64,000 bases of DNA. It comes from Lingula anatina (lineage: Eukaryota > Animalia > Brachiopoda). This document shows, piece by piece, positions 52,828-64,000 of this stretch (the first letter of the stretch is position 1; each line of letters opens with the position of its first letter). Location: assembly GCA_051362555.1 (NCBI GenBank), contig CM120645.1, positions 10,230,001 through 10,294,000 on the forward strand. The letters run 5' to 3'. Below the pieces are notes generated by a model. That model worked only from the letters and a program-made list of their open reading frames with translations. It did not search any database and was not told the DNA's origin. A program made the position numbers and the translations under genes.

Positions 52828-54097
52828 ATCGTAGATATAGAATAAAAATATAGTTTATGTACATTTACATTGGACACAGCACATGGCATAGATTCTACAG
52901 ATCCCCTGTAGTGGTTGCATTTTATGCCATCTCGAGCCACTAATTATCTTAATCAAAATATCACTGAACTATGCCAAACAGCAAATACCAAGCAGTAGGC
53001 CCCTACACCATGTTTTATTGCATTGATCTTGGAGCGACACGCGACATCGACACATTCTAAACCCACATAGAAAGATATTGATTGGTATGTATGTACATTT
53101 ATAGATAGACAGATGGACGGACAGACAAACAGACAGACAGAGAGACAGATAGGTAGAAAAAGTAAATGATTTAGGGGTCGGTTAAAGAGAGTACTGATGT
53201 GACGACACCTCCAAGGTTCTAGTTCTTTTAAAGACACCTTCAAGCTTCAACAAATTTGATTTCTTTGATTTCCTTCTCTGAATAGATGTACACTATACAA
53301 AAAATAATAATTTTGACTAGATGAACAGTTTTTATTGAAGTGAATGGCAGACCGTAATGTCTTTGATAAAACACTGTACACATTTTATATCAAAGATAGC
53401 ATGATGAAAATCACCATCCATTTAGCATTTCTACTAAAAGAGAAACTCGTCATTATAAACATAGAATTACATTTAGTTAAGTTTATACTTACTGATTCTC
53501 ATTCTTATTCTCATCATTTCAAACACTGAACTACTGTGATATGGTGCATTAACATCAGGTTAAAAATTTACCCAATTGAAAATTAACCTGAAATATTAGG
53601 TGTAAAGCTTGTGATAGCAAGAAATTAAGAAAAAACTCAAAAGCTCGCGGTAGCTAGAGTAGCATTTTTATTCAATTCTAATGAATGTATAAAGCGCAAG
53701 TAACAGGCATGTGAATTGGCAGATAAAAAATTAACACCCTTTCTTATTTAGTATTGTTTTCAGAAATTAAAAGCGAGCAATTTTATAATTTCTTATTTAA
53801 ATTTAATGAAAGACTATAATAAAGACGTAAGGCACACATTTAAATAACCGCACTGAAGTCAATGGGAACATAGCAAATTCATATCTGCTGGTTGAAATAT
53901 CTGATAAAAGTTGTGTCCCATGCAGCCGTAATTGAATTAAATCTAACACTTCTGGTCGTTTTGTTTTTCTTGTCCAAGGGAAAATATTCATACTTAATCT
54001 GACATAAGCACTAGTCCGTCTTTTAAGCCTTCTGTTCGTTGCTAATATTCCTGGTTTACCAAGAGCACCGGGTTTACCATTGGTACAGGTAACATGT

Positions 54098-55010
54098 CTA
54101 ATAACGTTGATCTTCCCTAGGTGAAGTTTCTTTGTTGTCTTTCTTAGATTTTAGATAGCAATATACGCAGCAAAAACAGCAGAGGAGGATGATGGCCAAG
54201 ACACCGACAATTATCAGAACGACCGCAGCAGCATCGCTGACAATCCAATTGCACGCCTCCTGCAAAAAAAAGACACAAAAATGTTCAAGCGGGCTTCCGA
54301 ATATAGTTGTGCTATAACCATTTGCAGGTGCAGAATTGGTGTTATTCATTGCATCTTAATACGTTATATTACAGTAACCCCGACGGAATGTCTCATGGGA
54401 CTTAATAGGAATTCTACGGGACTACAGGGATCTTACATGGGTACATGGGGTTCTATATTATCTGACGTACTATAGTTTTCTAATTTTGGGCATATTTCCT
54501 ATAGAACTTTTGAGAACTTTTGGTCAATTTATATAGGACGTCCTATCGGAAATTTTCGCATCGAAACTTTTCAGGGTATAGAGAAAATCGATAGATCCAC
54601 TCCTTACTAAAACACAATGCATAGTATTTACTCCGACATACTTAAAGCGAATCGAAAAGAGTAAGATTACCATAGCAAACACCACGTAAAAGTTTTATTC
54701 GGACAGTCCGAACCAAAAGGCATATATCTTGTATTTCAGTGCTTTGAACTGCTGAGATTTATACACAATATGTTGTTAACATGTAGTTATATTCTATCAA
54801 TCGATCGTAAATTTTTGAGAAGAAATATTCTTCTTGGCGACCCACACCGTACTACCGTAGTACACGTACCTTGTTATTCAGTCGTTTCGCGTCTGTCTGA
54901 CACTGTGTTCCGATTGCCAGACAGCAGACTATAACAATTATAAACCCGACACTCCAGCACACACAACCTTTGGTGTCTTTGTCTATTTGTGTATATAATG
55001 GTGCTTCCAT
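54098..55010 (-). CDS. Small 2-TM Cys-rich protein, array copy 5 (tail deleted and frameshifted, no PPxY)
   Basis: Exons 54870-55010 and 54098-54259: MEAPLYTQIDKDTKGCVCWSVGFIIVIVCCLAIGTQCQTDAKRLNNK|EACNWIVSDAAAVVLIIVGVLAIILLCCFCC... Confidence 0.72.
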
Positions 55011-56253
55011 TTTTAAAACTGAACTCACCACACTTAACACAATCGATTTTATACCAAGGGAATAGGGGCCAACGTCAAAACACAACGCATGTGAATCAAA
55101 GCGAAAGTATCGTAGAAATTAAGTAAAAATATACTTTGATTAAGTACGTTTACGTTGGTCACAAGGCGTGGTATAGATACTACAGATTCGATGTAGTTGG
55201 CTGCATTTTACGACATGGAGAACCACTGATTATCTTGATCAAATTATCACTGAACGATGCCAAACAGCAAATACTGAGAAGTACACCATGTTTTATTGGC
55301 ATTGATCTTGAAGCGACACGTGACATCGACACATTCTAAACCCACATAGAAAGATATTGATTGGTATGTACCTGTATGTACATTTATAGATAGATAGAAA
55401 ATTCTATAGATAGATAGATAGGTGGACGGAAAGACAAACAGACAGACAGAGAGACGGAAAGGTAGAAAAAGTGAATAGTTAAGGGGTCGGTTGAAGAGAA
55501 TGATAAATGTGACGACACCTCCCAAGGTTCTAGTTCTTAAGAAACCTTTAAGCTTCAACAGATTTGATTTCTTTGATTTACCTCTCTGAATAGATGTACA
55601 CTATACGAAATACGAGAAATTTTGACTAGATGAACATTTTTTTTATTTAAGTGAATGGCAAACCGTAATTTCTTTGATAAAACACCGTACACATTTTTAT
55701 ATCAAAGATAGCATGATTAAAAGCATCATCCCTTTTGCATTCCTACTAAAAGAGAAACTCGTCATTATAAACATGGAATTATATTTAATCAAGTTTATAC
55801 TTATTCTCATCATTTCAAACACTGAATTACTGTGATGTGGTGCATAAACATCAGATTTAAAATTAACCTAATTGAAAATTAACCTGAATTAGATGTAAAA
55901 TATTAGGTTTAAAGCTCGTGATAGCAAGAAATTATGAAAAAAAACCCCCAAAAGCTCATAATAGCTAGAGGTGCGTTTTTATTCAATTCTAATGAATGTA
56001 TAAAGCGCAAGTAACAGGCATGTGAATGGCAGATAAAAAATTAACACCTTTCTTCGAGTATTGTTTTAAGGGATTACAAGTAGGCAATTCTATAATTTCT
56101 GGTTTAAATGTAAAGAAAGACTATAATAAAGACCCTTTGAATAGCCCTGTTGAAGTCATTGTAAAGATTGTAAATTCACATATATTTCTGCTGGTCGAAA
56201 TAACTGAAATAACATTTTGTCCCATGCAGCCGTAATTTAATTAAATAGTGGCA

Positions 56254-57356
56254 CTAGTCCGACTTCTGAACCTTCTGCTCATTGTTTTTTCCTGCTCTAT
56301 TATTGTTACATGTAACGTGTCTAATGACGTGGATCTGGCCTAGGACGATGCGAGTTGGGGAGGTCCAATGAGTGGCCGCGTAATCAGGAGGTGCGCCCTC
56401 TACCTATCAATTTAAATTGTATTGTCCTAGAAAATCGTGGTTGTTTGATCTAAGTGTCAGTGGTAGCTGTGGTATGAAGTTTCCGTGGAGTTCTAAGCAC
56501 TGACCAGGCGTGAAGATTCTTGGGAATTCTCTGAGTGGAGCAAGCAACATCCGCAGCAAAGACAGAAAAGGATGATGGCCAAACTACCAACGATAATCAA
56601 GACGACCGCAGCAGCATCGCTGACAACCCACTGGCAGTCCTGCAAAAATGACATAAAATGTTCAAGCGGGCTTTTGAACATGGTTTACAGGGGCAGTCTT
56701 TGAGTTATATACACTTTATTTTTTACTGAAAACCCGTTATACATGTATAAAAGCAACACTTACTTATGTCTTATACCGTAGCATGGGACTTAATATGAAT
56801 TCTGCGGGATTCTACAGGAATCCTACATGGGTCCATGGGATTCTATAGGATCAAACGTATCTGTAGGTTTCTTATTTTAAGCATATTTCCTATAGAATAC
56901 TAGAGAACCTTTGGTTGATTTTATATAGGACGTCATATCAGAAATGTTTGTACTATGACTTTTTAAGGTAGGTTTAAATCGATAGATATACTCTTTACCA
57001 TAACATACTGCATAGTATCTGCTTATGGTACTGTAAGCGGATACTAAAGTGTAAAACTGTCATAGCAAACACACCTTTAAAGTTTGTTTTATTCAGCAAA
57101 GCTGAACCGAAACACCTATGTGTTGCATTCCGGTGCTTTTAACTGCCCAGATTTATTGACAATGTTGTTAACATACATGTAGTTATTCTGGTGGTAACCA
57201 ACACCATACTAATACACCTACCTTGTTCTTCAGTCGATCCTCAGCGTGCAGACATCGTGCTCCGAATGTCAGACAGCAGACTATTAAAATTATAAACCCG
57301 ACACTCCAGCACACACACTTTTTGGTCTCTTCGTCAATGTATACAGTGACACTCAT
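56254..57356 (-). CDS. Small 2-TM Cys-rich protein, array copy 6 (extra putative intron 56404-56504; unspliced form stops at 56493)
   Basis: Exons 57222-57356, 56505-56639 and putative 56254-56403 (VEGAPPDYAATHWTSPTRIVLGQIHVIRHV...). Confidence 0.7.
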
Positions 57357-57715
57357 GTTTAATACTGAGCTACCTCACCGAACACAGTCGATTTTATACA
57401 AAGGAAATATGGGCCAAGGACAAAACACAACGGGTGTGAATCAAAGCGAAAGCAAAATATAATTTGAAGTGCGAGTTCAGACTGGGCACAGGGCATGGTA
57501 CAGAGGCAGGCCTGTAGATACTACAGATCAGCTGTAGTTGCTTAATTTTCTGACATAGTTGACCACTGATTATCTTAACCAAAATATCATTAGGCTATGC
57601 AAAACAGCTGATACTAACTTAAGCACCATGTTTTATTGGGTACTGAACGCGGAGCGACACGTGACGTTGGCACATTTTAAAGTCACATAGAAAGATGTGG
57701 ATCCTTATCTACTTT

Positions 57716-57754
<39 letters not shown>

Positions 57755-58554
57755 GGGATAGATAGAAAAAGTGAGCATGGTAAGGGGTCCGTTGAAGAGA
57801 GTACTAGATGTGACGATACCTCCCAAGCTTAAGGAGTTAGGTAGGGTTTCTATAAAGCTAGTAAGGAGACGGGGCAATTTAAATGAATGACAGGCCTTGA
57901 TTTCTTTGATAAAACACTGTACAAATTTTTATATCAAAGATAGCATGGTTATAATCATCATCCATTTTGCATTTCTACTAAAAGGGAAACCCGTCATTAT
58001 TAACAGAAATTACAGTCCAAACCTGCATTCACATTTAGTTAAGTTCATACTTATTTTCATTATTTCAAATACTGAATTCCTGTGATGTGGTGCATTTCAA
58101 TGTTAAAACATCAGGTTTAAAATTTACCCAATTGAAACTAGATGTAAAATATTAGGTTTAAAGCTTGTGATAGCGAGAAATAATGAAAAATAAAACAAAA
58201 GCTCATGATAGCAAGAGCAGCGTATTTATTCAATTCTGACGGATGATTAAATCGAAAATAAAGACATGTAAATCGGCAGATAAAAGAATTAACCCCTTGT
58301 TTTAATGAGTAGTGTTTACAGAGCTGATAAACAAGTAATTCTAAAATTCCTGAATTATATATAATAAGGGAATATTATTGAAACAAAAGGCTTACTTCTG
58401 AATAGCCGCGTTGAAAACAATGTGAAGATTGCAACTTCATAATTCTGATGGTTGAAAAATCTGATAAATATTTTGTCCCATGCAGTCGTAATTAAAGTAA
58501 ATCTAACAAGTTTGGTCGTTATGTTTTTTCTTGTCCATGGGAAAATATTTATAC

Positions 58555-59713
58555 TTAATCTGACATAAGTAGTGGCACTATAGTCCATCTTCTTCTATTC
58601 TTTGTCTTTAATCTTCGTCTGCTAATGCCAGGTTTACCATTGGTACATGTAACATGTCTAATAACGTGGATCTTGCCTAGGACGATGTGAGTTGGGACGG
58701 TCCATAGAGTGGCTGCGTAATCAGGAGGCGCGCCCTGTACATGTAACTGTCAATTTATATGGCATCGTCCTTGAAAATTGTAGTTATCTAAGTTTCAGTG
58801 GTAGCTGAGGTATGAAGTCTCCTCGGATTTCTAAGCACTGACCAGTCCTGAAGTGTCCTCGGATTTCTCATATTTGAACGAGGAACATCCGCAGCCGCAG
58901 CAGAGGAGGATGACGGCCAAAACACCTACTATGATCAAGACGACCGCAGCAGCATCGCTGACAACCCCTTGACAGTCCTGCAAATATGACATAAAAATGT
59001 TCAAGCGGGCTTTTGAATGTTGTTGTGCTATACATGTAACTCTTTACAGTCACAGAACATGTGTTATACATTGCTCTGTATCATGACTAAAAATCCGTTA
59101 TATTACACTAACCCTTGTGAAATGCCTTATAGGACTTTACTGTATTTGACTCTATAGGAATCCTACATGGGTGTATAGGAATATGTAGGATCCGACGTCC
59201 TGTAGGTTTCTTTTTTGGCGTCTGTGCAATAAAAACCTAAAGAACTTTGGGTCGACTTCCAATAGGACGTCCTATCGGAACTTTTCGCACGGCGGCTTTC
59301 CAAGGTACAGTGAAAATAGATAGATACCTTCTTTACCATAACATACTACATAGTATCCCTTGTATAAATTGTGCGCGGATCCAAAACAGTAAAATTTCCA
59401 TGGCAAACACCCCGTTAAAGATTGCCGGGGCATAGTTTGGGCAATCTGAACCGGAAGACCTATATGATGCATTCCATTGAGTGTTACTGCTCACATTTAC
59501 TGACAATATTGTTAACATGTAGTTCTTTTATTGATAAAGCGCTCATTTTTGAGAGTAATAGTATGGTGGTAATCAACACCGTACACGTACCTTGTTCTTA
59601 AGTCGTTCCTCGGCGTGCAGACACTCTGTTCCGAATCCCAGACCCAAGCCTGCTACAGTTACGATTGCCAAGAATATACAGCATCCACAACATGCAGTTC
59701 CCTTGTCAACCAT
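58555..59713 (-). CDS. Small 2-TM Cys-rich protein, array copy 7 (extra putative intron 58747-58842)
   Basis: Exons 59591-59713, 58843-58977 and putative 58555-58746 (LHVQGAPPDYAATLWTVPTH...). Confidence 0.7.
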
Positions 59714-61161
59714 GTTTGAAACTTTTCACAATGAACACAACCGAAATTGTCTACAAAGGGAAATATGGGCCAAGGACAAAACACAACGCTTGTGAATCAA
59801 AGCGAAAGTATCGTAGAAAAAAACAGGTAAAAAAATGTGAGTTCAAATAGTTCACAGGTCATAGTACGGAGGTATAAATACTACAGATCTGCTGTAGTGG
59901 CGTCATTTTCTGACATAGTTGACCACTGATTAATTTATCTTCGCCAAAATATCACTGGACTATGCAAAAACAGCTAATACACAGTAGTACACTGTGTTTT
60001 ATTGCATTGAACACGGAGCGACATATTTTAAAGCCACACGGAAAGTTATTGGTCTTTATCTACATTGATAGATAGATAGATAGACAGGCAGACAGACAGA
60101 CAGAGGGATAGATAAATAGTGAGCATGTCAAAGGGGTCGGTTGAAGACAGTGCTAGATGTTACAACACCTCCCTAGCTTAAAGAGTTTGGAAGGGTGCGT
60201 GTAAAGCTAGTAAAGGGAAGGGGTACGTAGCACTCTGCATACAAGGAAAAAACAATGTGTTTGTGTGTGAAACTGCTATGATAAAACTTTCAATATATAT
60301 TGAAGCCGAACAATAGGTGTCTAGTGCTCTGATGGAAAAGATTTAATGTTCTTAAAAAGTTCTTTGCTTCAATTTTATTTCTTTGATTTAATCCCATGAA
60401 TAGATGTATACTATACATAAATATTAATTTTGACTAGATGAACATTTTAAATCAAGTAAAGGACAGACCATTATATCAAACATAGCATGGCCAAAATTAT
60501 CATTCACTTTGCATTTCTACTGAAAATGGGTCCTGTCATTATAATCATGGAATTACCCCTCAAAAATACATTCATATTTAGTTAAGTTAATACTTATTCT
60601 CATCATTTCAAACACTGATTCACTGTGATGTGGTGCATCAACAGCAGATTAAACATTTACCCAACTGAAAATTAACCTGCACTAGATGTAAAATATGAAA
60701 GTTAGTGATAGCAAGAAATTATGAAAAATAAAACAAAAACATGGTAGCAAGAGCAGCGTTTTAATTCAATTCTAATATATGATTAAAGATAAAGTAACGG
60801 ACATGTAAATCGGTAGATTAAAAAATATAACCCCGTTTCTTATTGAGTAATGTTTACAGAGATTACAAGCAAGTATTTCTAAAATTCCTGATATATATTT
60901 TATAAAGGAATGAAATTATGACATAAGGCGAACTTTCGAATAGCCCTGTTGAAGACAATGTGAGGATTGCGAATCCATATATAATTCTGATGGTCGAAAT
61001 ATCTGATAAACATGCTGTCCCATGCACCCGCAATTAAAGTAAACCTAACAAGTCTGGTCGTTGTGTTTTTCTTGTCCAAGGAAAATATTCATACTTGATC
61101 TGACATAAGGAATGGCACTAGTCCGTCTTTTGGGCATTCCATTCGTTTTTTTCTTTCTGCT

Positions 61162-62264
61162 CTACCAGTTGTTTATGTATCGTGTCTGACAACGTGGATC
61201 CGGCCTAGGAAAGTGTGAGTTGGTTGAGGTCCAATGAGTGGCCGCGTAATCGGGAGGTGCGCCCTCCACCTATCTATTTAAATGGCATTGTCCTAGAAAA
61301 CCATAGTTGTTAGATCTAAGTTATAGTGGTAGCTGTAGAATGAAGTGTCCTGGAAGTTCTAAGCACTGACCAGACGTGAAGTTTCCTGGGATTTCTCGGG
61401 TCGGGTGCGGAATATTCCATAGCAACAGGGGAGGATGACGGCCAAAACACCGACAATAATCAGGACGACCGCAGCAGCATCGCTGACAACATACTGACAG
61501 TCCTGCAAATATGACATATAAATGTTCAAGCGGGCTTTCAAAATAGGTTTTGCTATATCTCTTTACAGGCGCAGAATTGGTATTAGACACTGTATCTTAA
61601 CTTAAAATCCGTTATATTAGAGTAACGCTTATAAAATGTCTAATAGGGCTCTATGGGACTCTATATGAATTCTACGGGACTCTACAGGAATCCTACATGC
61701 GTCCATGGGATTCTTTAGGATCAAACGTCGATCCTATAGGATTCTCAATATGGGCATATGTCCTATAGATCCCCAGAGAAACGCTGGTCAAATTTATATA
61801 GGGGGTCCTATCAGAAAATTTCTCACCCTAACTTTCCAAGATACGGTGAAAATCGATAGATATACTCATTACCATAACGAACTGCATAGTATCTGTTCAT
61901 GATACTATGAGCGGATCCAGAAGAATACAACTGCTATAGCAAACACCTCGTTAAAAGTTGCTTTTACTCGGGAAATCTGAACCGACAGACTTTTTTTGTA
62001 TAATTCCAGTGCTTTTACTATGTCTATGTCAAACAGCTAATACTAAGTGCAGTAAAAGCATGTTAAAACATGTTGTTCTTTTTTCCATTCTGGTGGCGTC
62101 AAACACCGTACTAGTACAAGTACCTTGTTCTTCAGTCGATCCTCGGCGTGCAGACACCGTATTCCGAATGTCAGACAGCAAACTATAAAAAGTATATACA
62201 AGACAGTCCCGATCACCCACTCTATGGTGTTTCTGTCCAAGTATGTATGTAATGGTGGATACAT
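61162..62264 (-). CDS. Small 2-TM Cys-rich protein, array copy 8 (extra putative intron 61270-61370)
   Basis: Exons 62124-62264, 61371-61502 and putative 61162-61269 (VEGAPPDYAATHWTS, then frameshifted relative to the paralogues). Confidence 0.7.
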
Positions 62265-62659
62265 CTTTAAAACTGAGCTACCTCACCGAACACAGTCGAT
62301 TTTATAGAAAGGAAATATGGGCCGAGGACAAAGCGCAACGCATGTGAATCAAAGCGAAAGTGTCGTAAAATACAGGTATATAAATGTGAGTTCAAATAGG
62401 TCACAGGTCATAGTACAGAGGTATAGATACTACAGATCTGCTGTAGTAGCGTCATTTTCTGACATAGTTGACCACTGATTATCTTCACCAAAGTATCACT
62501 GGACTATGCAAAATAGCTGATACTAATTTAAGCACCATGTTTTATTGGGTATTGAACTTGAAGCGACACGTGACATCGGCACATTCTAAAGCCATGTAGA
62601 AATATATTGGTCGTTATCTACATTTATAGGTAGAAAGACAGACTGGCAGAGAGATAGGA

Positions 62660-63200
62660 ACCAGTCATTATAAACATGGAATATCCGTCCAAAAATGCAT
62701 TCACATTTAGTTAAGTTAATACTTATTCTCATCATTTCAAACACTGAATTACTGTGATGTGGTGCATTAACATCAGGTTAAAATTTTACCCAATTGAAAC
62801 TTAACCTGAACTAGATTTTAAAGCTCGTGATAGCAAGAAATTATGAAATAAATAATCAAAAGCTTGTGATAAGCAAGAGCGGCATTTTTATTCCATATTA
62901 ATGAAGTATTAAATTGAAAGTAACAGAAATGTAAATCGGCAGATAACAAATTAACCCCGTTTCTTATTTTTAAAATAATATTAAAATAATGTTTTTAGAG
63001 ATTACAAACAAGCATTTTTATCTGATTTATACATAACGAAAAAATATAATAAAGACAAGGCGCATTTTTGAATAGCCTTGTTGAAGTCAATGTGAAGATT
63101 GCAAATCCATATATAATTTGCTGGTTGAAATATCTGATAAAAGTTTTGTGCCCCATGCAGCCGTAACTGAATTAAATCTAACACGTTGGATCCTTGTTTT
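62660..63200 (-). pseudogene. 3' flank/UTR remnant of a ninth array unit with no coding exons
   Basis: Homologous to the sequence downstream of copies 5-8 (CATCATTTCAAACACTGAA, GTTGAAGTCAATGTGAAGATTGC, CCCATGCAGCCGTAA); homology stops near 63200. Confidence 0.6.
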
Positions 63201-64000
63201 TATGCGTGTGTGAAATGTATAAGCCCCTTACAAGTCGAGAGGTATGATATAGTTTAGAGAGCATGCTTAACAACACACAGGTCAACAAAAAGAAAGTCAA
63301 GAATGCGTATAAAATGCATAAAGAAAAAGCCGGAGTCAATGCCGCATATATATGTCTTGTTTTCAGTCTATGTGTCTCGTTTTCAGACTATATGCTAATA
63401 GTACTGTCAGGGTTAGCCAAACATTATTATTAACTGTCTTAATTACAACTGTACAAACACGGTGATAATTTTTTTGATAATAAATAAATCTACATTGTTC
63501 ACTGAATAAATTATCTTGCATTTACACACATGTTATCTTGCCGACGGCGTCATAATTCCGATTTTGGGGATAAAAAAATGCAAAATCGGTTTCTCAGATT
63601 TCTCCTTTACCTGGGGACCCATGACACCTGTTTTAAAGCCAATTTAATAAGACCACTGAGTACTCCGAATACCTGCCAGCGATTTTTCTGAAAAACCGTA
63701 GTTCCTATGTTATCGTTAATAAGACAAAATAAAACTTGCATTTCAATAATGCATTGCAATTAGGGGCTCAAAACTAAAAAACAAAGCATTTTATCCAAAA
63801 TGACGGCATGGGATTGAAGCCCATACACTTTCCGTCATCTATGCCAATTTTCGTGATAAGGTCTCGTTTAGGTGTAAAGTTATGCTCCAAACCGATGGCC
63901 AACTCGCATCAAAATAAAAGATGTTAAATAGACGATAAAAGCTTTGAGTTGCCTACATGTTGTATGCTTATACACAGAAACGAGAAATATAAACTCTGAT

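Noticed and set aside
42528-62264. Assigning the array genes to IFITM/CD225, tetraspanin or CYSTM families
   Set aside because: No diagnostic family motif is visible; the similarity is architectural only, so no gene symbol was given.
63400-64000. Possible non-autonomous DNA transposon at the right edge
   Set aside because: No paired termini or second copy is visible within the window.

Overview
AT-rich, intron-containing animal DNA, most consistent with a marine invertebrate; the species cannot be determined from the window. Manual splicing with phase checks gives these genes. (1) Two tandem minus-strand copies of a compact polycystin-1-like gene (signal peptide, TM, PLAT, 4 TM; no REJ/GAIN and no channel domain): one complete (13 exons, 812 aa), one running off the left edge. 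(2) A GCNF/NR6A-like nuclear receptor. (3) A copper amine oxidase with a relic paralogue fragment upstream. (4) A secreted prokineticin/colipase-fold protein with a GC-AG intron. (5) A Cys-rich, probably GPI-anchored protein. (6) An array of eight small, fast-diverging two-TM Cys-rich genes at 42.5-62.4 kb. The array is the most striking part. Every copy has an IRF-element-like motif about 90 bp upstream of the ATG, and five copies encode or can splice to a PPxY motif. Three copies carry an apparently newly gained ~100-bp intron that would gate that motif, one copy looks chimeric, and one has its promoter and exon 1 enclosed by two apparently identical inverted MITEs. Mobile DNA includes a Helentron-type non-autonomous element with a 146-bp AGGTCA-rich satellite, a decayed THAP transposase and several MITEs. 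All functional assignments come from motif recognition by eye, not database searches.
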